A stretch of 64,000 nucleotides of DNA from Amphiscolops sp. MND2022. Lineage: Eukaryota. The stretch is taken from the NCBI GenBank assembly GCA_964187785.1, contig OZ076409.1, forward strand, positions 26,228,001 to 26,292,000, read 5' to 3'. Numbering within the stretch: the stretch's first letter is position 1; the number at the start of each line of letters is the position of its first letter. The notes under the pieces were generated by a model. The model made no database searches. It was not told where the DNA came from and saw only the letters and a list, made by a program, of their open reading frames with translations. The translations under genes were made by a program, and so were the position numbers. Below are positions 11,638-25,607 of the stretch, one piece after another.

Positions 11638-13173
11638 GTTGTGAATGAAGTGATACCATTTTTGCTCTTCTGTTCTTTTCTTGAAATATTGTCAAAGGCA
11701 ACGATAACTGTAGTTTAACGAGGGAAATATGAGCTCAGTGTCTTCCAAGCTCACAAGATCCCACTAATTTTCATAAGATCCTCAAAAACGAGCAAAACCA
11801 ATAACAAAATTTGATCACGAGTGATACTTGCGAACAACTTTTTCCAACGCCAAAAAACTTAGTCTAAATCTTGCCTGGCTCAAATGCTATTGCTAGCCGT
11901 ATGTTTTCTGTCAAACCATATTTGATTTCAGTGCATTAGTCACTTAGAGGAGTCAGACAGATTCATTAGGAAAATTGTTATCTCGGTGCTAGTGTGAAGT
12001 ATGAAATGTTCATTTAACATTTATGACCATGCAAAAATCATGGCGAAATCTTAGCCAATTTAATTGCAAGCTCTTCATTTGCATCCACAAAGACACGAAA
12101 AATTCCGCGGTGTCACTGTGCTTTTTGTTCAATCAATCACCTCATGAGTTTTTTTCAACTCTGCAGAATGATGCCTCCATTCCTCGATAAATACTCACAT
12201 TGAGAACAACAAGGAAGACACGAGACTCGATTAGTTTTCGATAAAATGTTGAATGCTTGTCATATCAATGGGATCATTTGGAAAGCTTTGGTCGGGAGAA
12301 AATAGTTTTTTACGAGACCCAATAAAATGAATCTAGAAAATTAGTTTTGAATACTTTGGTTTCTCGAGATGAGAATCGGTAGAACAAAGACAACCGGATT
12401 TTTCTGCACCTCAAACCACACAATTCTTGGCGAAACCCAAGAGAAAATTGATACAAGTTCAAAAAAACTCTGATATAAAGTCATGAATTCGATTGTAGCA
12501 CATGTTTCATCTGAAGACGCGTTGTCAGAAGGTGGTACTAATCAGTTTCATTTTGAAAAGACACAGAAGTTTGACACTTGTTATATAACCAGAGCCGCAT
12601 GTGCGGTAAAGGAGTCGGCTCCTTCTGACTCGCTCGAATCCCAGTCATACAATTTTGATGCCATTGCACACATAGGACCCTAATGTGGTGTAGAATGACT
12701 GTAGAAAGTTTCGTTCAACTGGTATGGACAGTTTTTGAGATAATCAGAAAATGTCCAAAAATGGCTGTTTTAATCATTTTTGGGCTAATTTTGGTTATGT
12801 TTCGCACATCCCAGTCCAACGGTTTTGATGCCATTGCGGATTCAGAAGCACCTTTGGGTGTAGAATGACTGTGCAAAATTTTATGGAAATCGTATGGATA
12901 GTTTTTGAGAATTTTTTTCCGACTCCTAAAAACTCTAGCCCCGGGATGACTAATTGGTGAAAGACTAATTTTTATCCCGAATACTTCAGAAAATTGAACA
13001 TAAGATTTTTCATTGTAGTAATCTTTGTTTCATAAAAATGCACAGTGTCGAAATTACCAAAACATTTCCGCAAAAAACGCTCGGTGACGAAGTTATTTTA
13101 AGAGGCCCCTTCCGACATGAAGAACGATTTTTTTAAACTGAAAAGTTTGGAGGTCTAGAAGAAATTTATTCCC

Positions 13174-13534
13174 TCAATTCCGCGGGGTGGACGCCGAATA
13201 GACAGTTCTGCTTTCTAAGTCGGCGCCCTTTCGGATACTATCTCCCCATAGCAAGCTATGGTACCATATTTGCAGCCAAATGGTCAAGCAATGGTGGACT
13301 TGAAGATGTGGTTTTAAAGTGACTTGCTCAAGGTCACAAAGGTCTGACTGTTCACCGTTGCTCTTTTCATTTGTGCTTTTCTCCGCCAAATGCGTTTTTT
13401 TTGTCACTGACCATACCACTGAGCTATGGATGAAGGACTTGCTTAAGGCCCAACAATGGTGAGTTGAGAAAGATTCGAACCTTATACCGCCCCAGTACAA
13501 GCCGAATGCTTTAACTACTACACCATGCTCCCCC
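13174..13534 (-). mobile_element. tRNA-derived CORE-type SINE
   Basis: Minus-strand head GGGGGAGCATGGTGTAGTAGTTAAAGCA...GGTTCGAATC (A and B boxes), followed by CORE-like CCTTAAGCAAGTC and TGTGACCTTGAGCAAGTCACTT. The 3' end is approximate. Confidence 0.7.
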
Positions 13535-13797
13535 AAAGCCGTCGACGTCGTTTATTAGCGTTTTCGTTGGCTGAGGCACAATTTGTTTGTGTTCTGACTC
13601 AATGTTTCAGCAACCGCCTCTGCAGGCGTGAAGTACCTTAGCTTTTTCTGTACCTGTCTTGGAAATGAAACACTTTGCAATGACTGACGAAAAGACCTTT
13701 TTTTGAAGTTTTTACGCTCTTTTGTGGCATCAGAATGTACTCAATTTTTTTGAAAAGATGCCGTATAATGTTATAATGTCACCATATAAAACAAAAC

Positions 13798-13859
13798 CGT
13801 TTTTGGAACCTTTTTGTTCAAATTCAGGCCTGAATTTGAACAAAAACGTTCCAAAAACG
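13798..13859. repeat. 62-bp near-perfect palindrome
   Basis: CGTTTTTGGAACCTTTTTGTTCAAATTCAGG|CCTGAATTTGAACAAAAACGTTCCAAAAACG, one mismatch. Confidence 0.9.
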
Positions 13860-14349
13860 ATTGTGAAACAGTTTACACAACAACAAATTTTGAGAAAGGA
13901 TAGAGAATTGCTCGGAAAAGTTACTGATCCGCATTCGAAAGTACTATGAAATCACGTTCTGGGGAAAATGGAGTTTCGAAATTGAATTTGTTTCAACACC
14001 AAAGAATCATGTAATTGAAAAATTGAGTTCTGGATCTCATCTTTTCATTTTGATGATTCTCTGGGTCGGAGCCCCAGCGCTGCGATGGAGCCGTAGTGCA
14101 ACCCTGAACAAACAGAAAAGCAGCCAAACCCAACTAAACTTGAAGACTTGTTTTATTTTTTGAAGTCATGTAAATGTTAAATATTTTCTCATTCAAAGAC
14201 ACTTTGATTTGATGTTAATGTTAAATTAGTCTTTTTGTCATGAATATTCAGAACCTTAAGTTGAGTCATCTTTATATGACGTAATTTCAGGGCTATAGTG
14301 CTTTTGCTATTTCATTCATACAGTAATGATCTTTTCCATTCAATTTGGC

Positions 14350-14580
14350 AATACGGCATTATACAGTTTGTAGAGTGCCGCATGTACGGCATAATACTGA
14401 TTTGCACAATGTTGATATGCGGCATTATACGCTTTTAAGAGTAACGCATATGCGTTATTATACGTTTTCCTGCATACGGTATCATACGTTTTCCGAAGTG
14501 ATGCACACACGGTATTATACATTTTCAGCAGGATTAATCACACTGTATAGACAATGCATACACGGTGCTGTATATCATTT
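14350..14580. repeat. Degenerate ~20-30 bp tandem repeat (CGGCATTATAC-like)
   Basis: Recurrent CGG(C/T)ATTATAC(G/A) motifs. Confidence 0.55.
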
Positions 14581-14726
14581 GGAAAACCTTTTTACGTCGC
14601 TTTATAACTACTTTCCAGGGTCCAATAGGACAATTAGGTTCGTTTTAAACGTCGTGTTCTGATGAGTGCAGGATATAAATAGAATGACGTCCTTTTGACG
14701 TAATGTTATTTTTGTACTTTTCCTAC

Positions 14727-15529
14727 CGTGATTCTCATAAAAAGGAGTGTCATTCTTTCGTTTTTGAAACCAGGAGTGCAATAAGAGAATTTGTCAGAAT
14801 TGTTTTCTACCTTCACAGAGTACAGTTGCTTCTTAATTGTACCTCTTTTGCTCAATCTGTAAACTTTTCATCCACAATTTTGATCATCAACCGTTTGATA
14901 TTTTCACCAGTTCACTGAAGAAATTCAACTGTTTTCTCCTTCGTAAACTGATGTTTTCAATCAAGTAAAGATGGGAAATAAGAGAAACAGACGTTCTAGA
15001 AGATTAGAGACACCTTCCCCTGAGAGAGAAGTCAATAATACCCAGTAAGAAACACCCAACACAGGTAATGAAACTTTAACTAATTTAAATGAGAATGTAC
15101 AGGGAAATCTAGGTGATAACGTCTCAGAAAATCAACTAGCTGAACCCAGTCAAACTAGCAACGAAATACAAGTCTGGACGCAGATTTTAGAGCAAAAAAG
15201 CAACGACAGAATTACCAAAATGATGGAAGAAATGGACAATAATCTAGAGTCCATCTTAAAGGAAATTAGATCCAATAAAAGCATGTCTACAACAACGAAT
15301 CCAAGGTCAGAAGCAGCTGAAGCCCAAAATTCACAACCATCGGGATCCAAGTCTATAGGAGTACACGCATCTAACTTCGAAAATACTGACTCAGAAAACG
15401 AGGACTATCCTCTTAAAGCCTCAGGTTCTAAGGATTTGAAACATCCTGCAAAACCTTTGTACCGTAATGAGAAAGACCTAGACGAAACAATGATCTCAAA
15501 TGAGGACTCTGAGGAAGAGGATTATCACA
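14727..15529 (+). mobile_element. Probable solo LTR containing a gag-like N-terminal reading frame
   Basis: (C)GTGAT...ATCACA ends. A frame from ATG 14971 (MGNKRNRRSRR...) runs with one stop to EEEDYH at the CA end. The TSD is not clean. Confidence 0.4.
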
Positions 15530-16949
15530 CTCTGGTATTAAACTTCTCTGGCGATTCTCAATTTCGAAACTCAATTTTCCCCAAAACGTGATTTCATAGT
15601 ACTTTCGAATGCGGATCAGTGACTTTTCCGAGCAATTCTCTATCCTTTCTAAAAATTAGTTGTTGTGTGAACTGTTTTCACAATCGTACTTTAATTAAAG
15701 CAAATGTTCTTTGACAAACTTCGGATATGTGATAAAGAAGATACGTCTCGATCGCAATTAAAATAAAACAAAAACTGTAGCTCGAACTGACAGTCCACGG
15801 CCTTGAACCCATGGCCATGGGTTTTCCCAAGCATCGCCAAGCCTGCTCTTTTACTTAGTTACTTATTTCAGCAATGCACACTCCAAAACCTTCCATGCTC
15901 CTTTTCTCTTCAAATGGGAGAAGTCAATTTCGGAGTCAATGCGGTCAAAACTTTGGCCATGCTTGACAGCAAAATTTTGTCCAAATGGTGTGTTGACAAC
16001 AGAATCACTTTGCTGTACAGGAGACCCCATTTTGCCCATTTTGGTGAGATTTTGACAACATTTCTCACTTTCTGGTACGAAATCACTATCATCACTTTCA
16101 CAAAGGCTTTGCCCATGTCATGTTCAAGGCCGTGTTGATTAATTCAGTTTGTTCAGATGCAACTGGCAATCCTTTCAACTGGATACTTGACAAACTGGAC
16201 ACACGCTGCGCTTTTGCCGAGAAAAGCTCAAGGCAACTATGTTTATGATGAGGCTTTGTAGTAAACGCAGTGGATGCCTTCTATAATTTTTATTTGAAAG
16301 GAAGCTGACATCGACAAGCCCTCAGCGAACTGATCAATTGAACGTCGATGTTTAAGTTCCCTTTTTTCCAGAGGAACGACACTTTATATGTTTCCTAGCC
16401 TAGAATCAACGTTACTTGTTTCAAGACAAAGTAACGCCAATCAAGTCTACGCAAATTCTTCCTCCTACTGCGACCAGTGGCAGTATGCAACTACATGGGC
16501 CCCATAACAAAAATCGGTGTAGACTGGGAGCCTTCTATGAGATGAATCACTTTCTACACAAACGAAGACTACGAACCAGATGTTTTTGCATTACTAGAGA
16601 ATGCTGACAATTGAATGTTTTTTTGTTGTTTATGGAGATCCGAAATCAACGTCCAACCTTGAGCAGTCTTGGTGTTAAACAGAGTTGAGGTGCCTTTGCA
16701 TGCCATTTTGAGAAGCTCGGTGTTTACAATTCTGTGGCTTCCTGGTATCCCGCGTTAAAAAGTTTCATAGGGTTTGGACTTGTCTTGTCATTTTTTGGGA
16801 CTGGATTACGTTTTCGAGACTCTATCATAGCGATATGAATAATTTCGATACTTTTTTTAGAATTTTTCTTTGCGGCATTCTTGGCATCTTCCGTAGTCTT
16901 CTCTTGTATGGTACGTGAATGTCAAAATGTTGTGTGAGTTGTATGGTCG

Positions 16950-17567
16950 GGAGGCGGAAATTTCGTCGTCAGAAATTTCGTCGTAAAAAATTCGTCATAT
17001 TGATTAGCAATAACAGCATTCACGAAAAGATATCATTTGAATTATTCGATTATTCAATTATTGAAATGAGATCTTAAGAACAAGTTTCATTTTGACACCA
17101 AAATTGAATCAAAAAGTTAAATGCATTCAATTCAAATCATCAAGACGCTTTTTGAGCAATGGTATATTTTCAGTCCTACCGGTGGAACTACTTACCGGGG
17201 TTTTACAATACAATTTAAGATTGTTCCAGGGGAAATTTTTGCATTTTTTGCAAGAAAATTTTTGCTTTAAGTGTCGAAACAACTTCGTGTTTGGGGATAA
17301 GAAACAAAGTGTATCTCTTTATTGGTAACATTGTCCGAAACTGTTTCTCTCCAAACCATAACTAAAATTAGTCAATGATAGCAATAATTGCACAATTAAC
17401 GACTCGACAATAATAGACGATTCTTAATAGATAAGATAAAATGTGATGTTTTATAGAACCTAATTACCGACGATAAAATTTCTGACGAAGACATTTCTGA
17501 CGACGAAATTTCCGACGACGAACTTTCTGACGACAAAATATCCAAAAACGAAATTTCTGGTAATCGT
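16950..17567. mobile_element. MITE/foldback-like element with ~15-bp subterminal repeats
   Basis: GAAATTTCGTCGTC repeats at the left end and inverse GACGACGAAATTTC repeats at 17468-17560. Confidence 0.55.
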
Positions 17568-18465
17568 ATGGTAAAAATGACGGATTGCTTTCTGCTTGTT
17601 AAAAAGGCTCAGCTTCAACGATTTTCTGACCAAACTATTGTAGATAAGGTCTTAAAAAAGTTCAACAAAGCAATCGTTTTCTTTACTTTTTGACGTTCTT
17701 GAACAGCTTAAATTGCTTGTTTCTCTTGCTTATCGATCGACCAAGGCACCTGGGCTATGTAGTACTGAAATATTTACTGGGGATAAAGTTCCAGCTACAT
17801 ACTGTATTTTTGGCAGCAAAATTGTTGGAAAATAATTAAAGAACAATCGATTTTGAGGTATTCTTGATTACTTGTCCTTTCGAGTTCCTCTTCCAGCTTT
17901 TTCGGTAGCTTTTTCAAAGTAGAAAATCCACAGGTTTCGGCGTTATTCTCCAAAGATAATATTTGCAGGAAACGTTTCAGCTGACTAATCATTTTGGCCA
18001 AAACAACACTTGAAAAAAGTTTGACAGCTCGATGTTTTTCCAAAAATTGCGTTATGTTCGTCTTCCGACGTTATTGCACCGTTTGTTTCAGATTCATAGT
18101 TTCCATTGCGCGAATTAAACGCTAAACAATCCACTTTGTGATGATTTTGGTTAAAATATGTATTGAAATAAAATGCTGGAACTCTTTGGGATCAACAGAA
18201 GTTTTCCACCGCTAACTTTTTGAAAATGCATATAATTTTATAAAGACTGATTCTACCAGCTTTTTAGGTCTATTTCCACAACATCATTTCACAACAGTCC
18301 TTTCGGTGCTGTAGGTGGGTTGGATTCAAGTGTTCTCCGACGCCTTTTAATTTGCTGCTTTTATTTTCCAATGTTGGAGTTAACTTCTCATCTCAGAGTC
18401 CTTGCAGAGTTTTTCACAATTTTCCGAAACCTTTCCACAGTGATTGCAAGCTTTGGAATGTATAT

Positions 18466-21400
18466 TGACTTGGTTTATTTTACCAACAAACTCGAAACAC
18501 TGTCAATTTATGTTGTGCACGATTGATAGTATGCTGATCAATGATAAAGTGTAGTCTGTACGAAAGAGATTCAGTTAAATATTAGAATAAACATCTGTTT
18601 TTACCGTAGAACACGCGAATACAACATGGCGCAGTAGCAAGATTTGTGTTAACTGTGTAACACCTATTTTAACCGACAAGAGAAACAATGACAACCTCTG
18701 CGAATAACATACTATTACTTACCTCGAGGACACCGAACTTGACGATAAAAAAATATACAGCCCTAAAGACTGGACCAAACCGCTACGACACTACATCAAA
18801 CGGATCTATGACATTGGCATTAAAGCAACTCTATCCGTAGAGACAATAAAAACAAACAACAGATGGACAGAGAAAGAACTTGAAACAAGGCAAGATTTTA
18901 TTTCTGGAGCCGGACTATCAGCAATGGAGATCATTACCAGAGGAGAATTCAATACAGATTGCGATACATCAAAACAGAGAAACTTATGCAACTATTCAAA
19001 GACTACTACATGCCCGAACGGAACATTTACCACAGTCGTGGAGATTTCTTTTGGGCAAAACTACTAGAAAACGAAACTCCGGAAGAACACTGGCGGAAAG
19101 TAGTATCCCTGGAAAAGAAATGCGAATTTAAAGTCATCAAACAAGAAGATCTATTGATATCAAAATTCATCACCAGCATAAACGACAAAAAACTACGGAA
19201 AAAACTCATCCACAAGAAAACACTAAACCTGAAAACCACCATGGACCTAGTGACTCATGGACCACCAGTGACCTAGAAAACATGAACTATCAACGATAAC
19301 CACAGCACCAGCACTTGTGAAATAAAGAGAAATAAAACAAAAACCAATAAGAAAATACCAACACGGAACAAATGAAATTACCAGAAAGATAAAATGAAAA
19401 CACCATCTCCGAGGCAACAACGCAAAAGAATAACAATCGCGGATTCTGCTCAATCAAAACGGTGGAATGCAGCAATTGCCGGAGAATGGGACATTTTGCA
19501 AGAGTATGCCGCAGCAAAACCGAACACACAAGAAAACAAATATTAAATTACCTCGAAGAAACAGACGACGACGAAGAAGATAGCGAATGAGGAAAAATCC
19601 AACAAATAATACAAATCAAAATCAATAGAGTATTACGAAATAAAAACGAAAGCTGCTGGATCAAAATGAAAATCAACGGAAAATATCAACACTTTACCAT
19701 CGACACCGGCTCTCCGGTCACAATAATGCCCAATAACCCGGAATTGTTCGATCAGAAGGACATCCAGCTACTAAAAGAAATATACCAACACGTGAACAAA
19801 AACAAACTAAATTCCTGGGGAAAGTATGGGCAGACAATGAATACAATGGCAAAACTACAAAAACACCAATATTCATTACACAAAGAAACGACATCACACC
19901 ACTTCTGGGTTTGAAGTGGCTGATAAAACTGCTAATCACCATCACCAAAATTTTATTTGACGAATCCGCCAATCAATCAAAAACCATCCATGCAAAAAGC
20001 AACGAACTGTTTGCAACGAATCACACAATTGAAAACACGGAAGTACAAATACAAATGAAACCAGGATTTTACCCAAAACAACGAAAAACCAGACGATTAC
20101 CACATCAACACAAGACGTGAAAAACAAATTACACCAAATAATAAAATCCGGTCACCTTGAGAGACTAGAAACGATCGAAGAAGACTGTTTTGTATCACCA
20201 GTAGTAAATACGGTGAAGAAAGACAAAACGCTAAAAATCGCTCTAGACGCCCGCAAACTCACTGATAGGTGTGTGAAGAAGAGACGACACATGCCAAACA
20301 TGAAAGAACTGCTAAACCAAATGTCCGCTGAACCATCAAGAAATCATTACGACCAAAAATGGATAACCGTGATAGACCTTTTGCTTGACTACGCTTATGG
20401 TCACATGAAACTAGCACCTGAAACCAGCAAACAATGCAATTTTGAACAGATTATGCACATGTACATATATTGCACATGAACAGATATTACCTATTCCTAA
20501 AGAGATTCTACGGCCCGGCCGACATACCGACTATTTTTAAGAGAGAATATGTAAAACACTGGGACAACAAACACCAGTCTGGCTAGGCGACGTTATCATC
20601 GTCACCCGCGGAACGAAAGAAGAACACCCGAAACTTACATTCGGTAGTCACCAAACTGGAAAATGCAGGATATCAAGCAAGCAAGAAAAAATCAAAAGTG
20701 GCTCAAAAACTCAAAAAAGAAACAAAGTGGCTGGGACATACAATATCACAAGACGGTATCTGACCAAACAAAAAAACGGAAGCGATAAACAAACTAGAAC
20801 CCTCAACGAACACCAAAACCCTTAAATCCTGTTTTCTCGGTGCCATTCAATATTTCGCAAAGTTTATTCTAAACTTCTCAGAAAAAATGGACCACATGAG
20901 ACGATTACTCAAGAAAGTGGCAAAATGGGAATGGATGCTAGACAGAAACTCGGACTTTAACAAATTAAAACAAGAACTAACAACCCTGACCTGTCTAGCA
21001 CACGACAATGGGAAAAAAGAGAACATTGTCACCAACGACGCATGCAAATTCGGCCTTGGATTTGCACTATGGCCAAAGCAAGGAATTAGAGAACTAAAAC
21101 CAATCACATTCGCCAGCCGCTATCTAAAGAACGACAAAAAAGACTCCATCAGTGAACTAGAACAACTAGCTGCAGTTTGGGGCTTTGGGGTTCAGAAAGA
21201 TTCCGATTCCATCTATACGGTAAACAGGACCAAAATTTCGTGGACCATCATGCTTTCAAACCCACTCCTAAAAATGAATAAAGTCAATAAACAATACAGC
21301 GCACGGCTAGATGGCTGGATAGGCTAAACCACTTCGACATCAGCCTAAAACACACTGCTGGTAAAGACATCAATTTCACAGACTACATCAGCCTAACTCC

Positions 21401-24400
21401 TACCGGAAACCAGGAACAGGGAAAAAATTACAAAGAAGAATTTGTAATCAAGGCCATCGCGCAGCTAACAGTGGTAAACGTCCGTATAGGACGGATTTTC
21501 GACCAATCAGACGGCGCGAACGAGGTCAACGAAACAAAGATGCACGGTACGCTCTCGCTAATTGATACGCGACGGTACCAAACAAGCAAAAGCCATATCA
21601 ATTTCAATTACCGTGTAGAACAGTCGCACATTGATACAGAAAAAAATGATCTTTCAAAAATGAACAATAAGAAAAATGAAAACAATCGAATTGCGGACTT
21701 CTTCTGATTCAACGGCCCAATACGTTATCAATGGGGTGCAGACGACGAATTGAATTACCAGGGCCGGGCATAATGAGACTGCAGTGGAACAGAAAGTTGG
21801 GCAAAGAAGTTTAAATACCGAGAAGATCGGAAAAAGACAAAAAGAGGGGAAAAGAATCGATCTTCAACTGAAAAGAAAAGAAAGGGAGGCAAACATCGCT
21901 GGGGATATTTCAGCAACTTCGGATATGAAATACCTCCAAGATAGCGAGAACAAGAAAAAACAAAGAGAAACGAGAGACCCCGAGACAATGAAACAAACAG
22001 AGACACCGAGTCCACCGCCTCAAACAACTTGGAAAAAGCGGTGGCAACACATGAGCCTGGCGCATATTCCACAATACCCGCCAAAGACTATCTACGTGAG
22101 TGAGAAGTCTAAGAGAAACAAACAGCAAGAAAACAACGTCAGATCAGCCGAATTGAACTCCATGGAAACGCTTATCAAAAAGGCGGCCGCCAACCCCGAC
22201 CTTTTTGAAATAATTTGTTGCTTCAAGGAAATTAACATCAGTCAAATTCTAAACGACTACAATACCCTGGCCGAGAAACTCATCCACTCTTGGGGCATTA
22301 TAATGGCCGACAATCAAATAATAGTGCCGAAAACCTTACAATATGCAGCACCCAATGCCCTACATTCGGACACCCCAAAATCAACAAAATGTGTAGCGAC
22401 ACAGCTATATTCTGGTGACCGAACATTCGGGAAGACATGGAGAAGAAGTCAAAGGCTTGCTCAGGTTGCCTCAACGCCGTTAAGACTCTAGAATTTCAAA
22501 TACCACAAACGGGAAAAAATTGAACCGCCAAAAACATCGCCCCAAGAAATCCAATTAGACTTTACCGGGAATATACACAACAAAAACCTGCCATTAAGCC
22601 CTATATACTAATTGCGGTCGATGGAAACAGTCTGTGGCTAGTGGCAAAAATATGCAAAAATACGACCCGCGAAACGGTAAATATCCTTAACGAATATATA
22701 AGTAAAGACGAGTACCAAAACGAATAAAATCAGACAAAGTGGTCGCTTCTATCTCCAAAAAAGACAAAGATTACAGTAGATCGAAAAATATAGACCGCCT
22801 ATACGGTACTACAAACCTGCATACTGGCACCGGATTGGTCGAACTAACGATCCAATCACTAGAGAATATGATTTTAGCAAATCTGGAAGACGGTCTAAAA
22901 TCTCCGTTAAAGCGTAAACAGCGCACTTTACCTCCTAAAATTTTCGACACACTCCAAAACCACGACAACTCCGTTTGAATCCGACTTCGGAAGTGCACCT
23001 AGAACTAAACTATCTAACCTAAAAAATGCCTTTTCAGTGGACTTCAAAGACCTCTCAGTATGCATTACCCGGAATAAGGCCTGACAAATAACTGACCAAC
23101 TGGTCAAGTTCAAGAAAAACATTCGAACAGAAGTTCAGAAGAGGAATGACCTACTCACAAACCAAAAAATCGACTATTTTGGTAAGTACTAACAACAAAA
23201 TCAGAAACCCTTCAAATTCTTCAAGAAAAAAAGGCCTCATTGGTTAGCAAATTTGTAAACAAAATCCAAATAGTTGTTTCGGGAATATTCGTGACCACAG
23301 ATAACAAAAAATCGATATATAGGAAACTGATTTCCAACCCGCCACCTTTTAAGCAAACAGTCGCAGCACCGACAAGGCGGGTAAATACCTGCTAAAACAC
23401 CACAGATCAGCCAACATGCTCCATAGCACTGGACATGGTCAACAATGGTGGAACCCCGTGCATCATCTACAGCAGGAAAGAAACGCCCAAACCAATCAAT
23501 CACGAGAGAAGCGAAAAATGGTCGAAAAGAAGAGACCAACTCCGCCACGATAAGGGACAGTTCACATTCCCCAAACAAGAACGCCGATAAAGAGACCGAC
23601 CTGAGTTTGAGCGTCATATCAGATGAAAATTTAGTGCTACAACAAATCCGAAGGCACAAATCCGGTACACAAATATCTACACTGAGCTGCAACACCTCTT
23701 GAGGGAAAACAATCGGCCCCCGAACAAGGTTTATAATCAGGGAAAAGTAAAACATTAAGAACCACCAAAATTGGTTAGAAAATCCAAAAACTTTCCTTTC
23801 GCAAAACAAACCGAAAACGTAGGCGGACTACACAAATATTAACAAAAAGAAACAAATTATCAACGGTAATTTATTATAGGCAAAAGACAACAACAACAGA
23901 AGAAATTGAAGAGAAAGATCACCGCAAGATGATAGAGGAATCCGTTTAATACGGTCCCATGGAAAGACTCGACACTTTTACCGGACCACTACGGAGGGGG
24001 AGGGGGACCACTACGGAGGGGGGGGGGGGGGACACGCCATTACCCACTACGGAGGGGGAGGGGGACCACTACGGAGGGGGAGGGGGACACGCCATTACCC
24101 TGACCTTCATTCATACCGTAGTATACGGCTTTAGACAGAGAGACTTGGTTTAATTTACCAACAAACTCTAAACACTGTCAATTTCTTTTGTGATAGATTG
24201 ATAGTACGTTGATCAATGATAAAGTATACTCTCTACGAAAAAATTTTCAGTTAAATTTTAAAATAAATATCTGTTTTTACCGTAGAACACGCAAATACAA
24301 TATGGCGCAGTAGCAAGATTTGTTTTAACTGTGTAACACCTATTTTAACCGACAAGAGAAGCAATGACAACCACTACGAATAACAAATTATTACCTTGCC

Positions 24401-25005
24401 TCGAGGACACCGGCCTTGAGGGTAAAAAACAATACACCCCTAAAGAAAGGACCGAACGGCTACAACACTACATCAAACGGGTTTATGACATTGGCATTAA
24501 ACCAACTCTATCCTGTGAGACAATACGACCAAACAACAAATGGACACAGAAAGAACCTGAAATAAGACAAGATTTCATCTGGGGAGCCGGACTAATAGCA
24601 ATAGCGACCATTACCAGGGAGAATTCAATACAGATCCTGCTACATCATTACAGAGAAACTTATACAACTATTCAAAGACTACTACATGCCCAAACAAAAC
24701 ACTTTCCACAATCATGGAGGTTTTTTTTTCGGGCAAAATAATAAAAAAAACACTCCGGAAGAACACTGGCGGAAAGTAGTATCCCTGGAAAAGAACTGCG
24801 AATTTGAAGTCATGAAACAAGAAGATCTATTGATATCAAAATTCATCACCAGCATAAACGACAAAAAACTACGGAAAACCCTCATCCGCAAGAAAACACT
24901 AAACCTGAAACAAACCATGGACCTACTGATCCAAGTCAGCTACGGAAGAAGACATAAACAATCAACTATACTCACAGCGTTTGTGGAAAGAAGGAAATAA
25001 ATCAA
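18466..25005 (+). mobile_element. Degenerate Gypsy/Ty3 element followed by the start of a second tandem copy
   Basis: Homologous LTRs ~18466-18626 and ~24117-24302, each followed by PBS TGGCGCAGTAG. Contains gag, CSNCRRMGHFARVC knuckle, FTIDTGSPVT protease, RT (IALDARKL, DYAYG), RNase H (DACKFGLG) and integrase remnants, with many frameshifts. The gag start is repeated at 24303-25005. Confidence 0.85.
23983..24100 (+). repeat. G-rich tandem repeat at the PPT position
   Basis: Four copies of CCACTACGGAGGGGG(A)GGGGG arranged as two larger units, just upstream of the second LTR. Confidence 0.8.
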
Positions 25006-25015
25006 AATATATATG

Positions 25016-25105
25016 TTTGACACCGTGCTTCTTCTGTTGAGATTTTGCAAGTTTTATATATATCTCACTTGTCAAAGCTCATTGAAAGAAGAGCACGGTG
25101 TCAAA
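25016..25105. repeat. Small TIR element or hairpin
   Basis: TTTGACACCGTGCT..CTTC / GAAGAGCACGGTGTCAAA. Confidence 0.6.
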
Positions 25106-25607
25106 ACTATGCAAAACAAGTCGAGACCGGCCCTATTTGGCGCCATATCTCAGGCTCAAAAATAGCAAAAGGACGCCAAAATGTCAAAGTATCGGGGAAT
25201 TGAGAACCCTTTCATGAAAAAAATTGAAAAAACTCACAATGCCGAAAAAATTGAAAGGGGACCCTTTGGGATTTTTCAACATCCATCCTGTCACAAAACT
25301 CCAAAAAAATTGAATGGGGGACTCTTTGGGGACAATTTTTTGTCGGATAAAAAAAAGTCTCATAATGCCGAAAAACTTAAAAGTGGGACCCTTTAGGCTC
25401 GCTCGGTATTGTATGTTACGCGGAAAAATGAAAAACTTTCGATTCTGTTCGCTAGGCCAAAGGGTTCAATTCGACACCACACAATTTTATAGAACTTGTA
25501 GAATTATTTTGGTCATTTCAGGTGTTTCGAAAAAAAAATGAAAAAAAAAACTGACGAAAAGCCATGACTATACTATTACTATATTATTAAATAGTTTCAT
25601 ATTTGGA

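Larger units (their letters stand above)
13857..15687. repeat. Long inverted repeat pair (arms ~13857-13985 and ~15558-15687)
   Basis: The ~130-bp arms are reverse complements with a few mismatches (e.g. GATCCGCATTCGAAAGTACTATGAAATCACG vs CGTGATTTCATAGTACTTTCGAATGCGGATC). Confidence 0.8.

Noticed and set aside
15780..16400. Possible decayed helicase or transposase coding sequence on the minus strand (e.g. KHGQSFDRID)
   Set aside because: Only a weak single-motif resemblance with many stops; no family can be supported.
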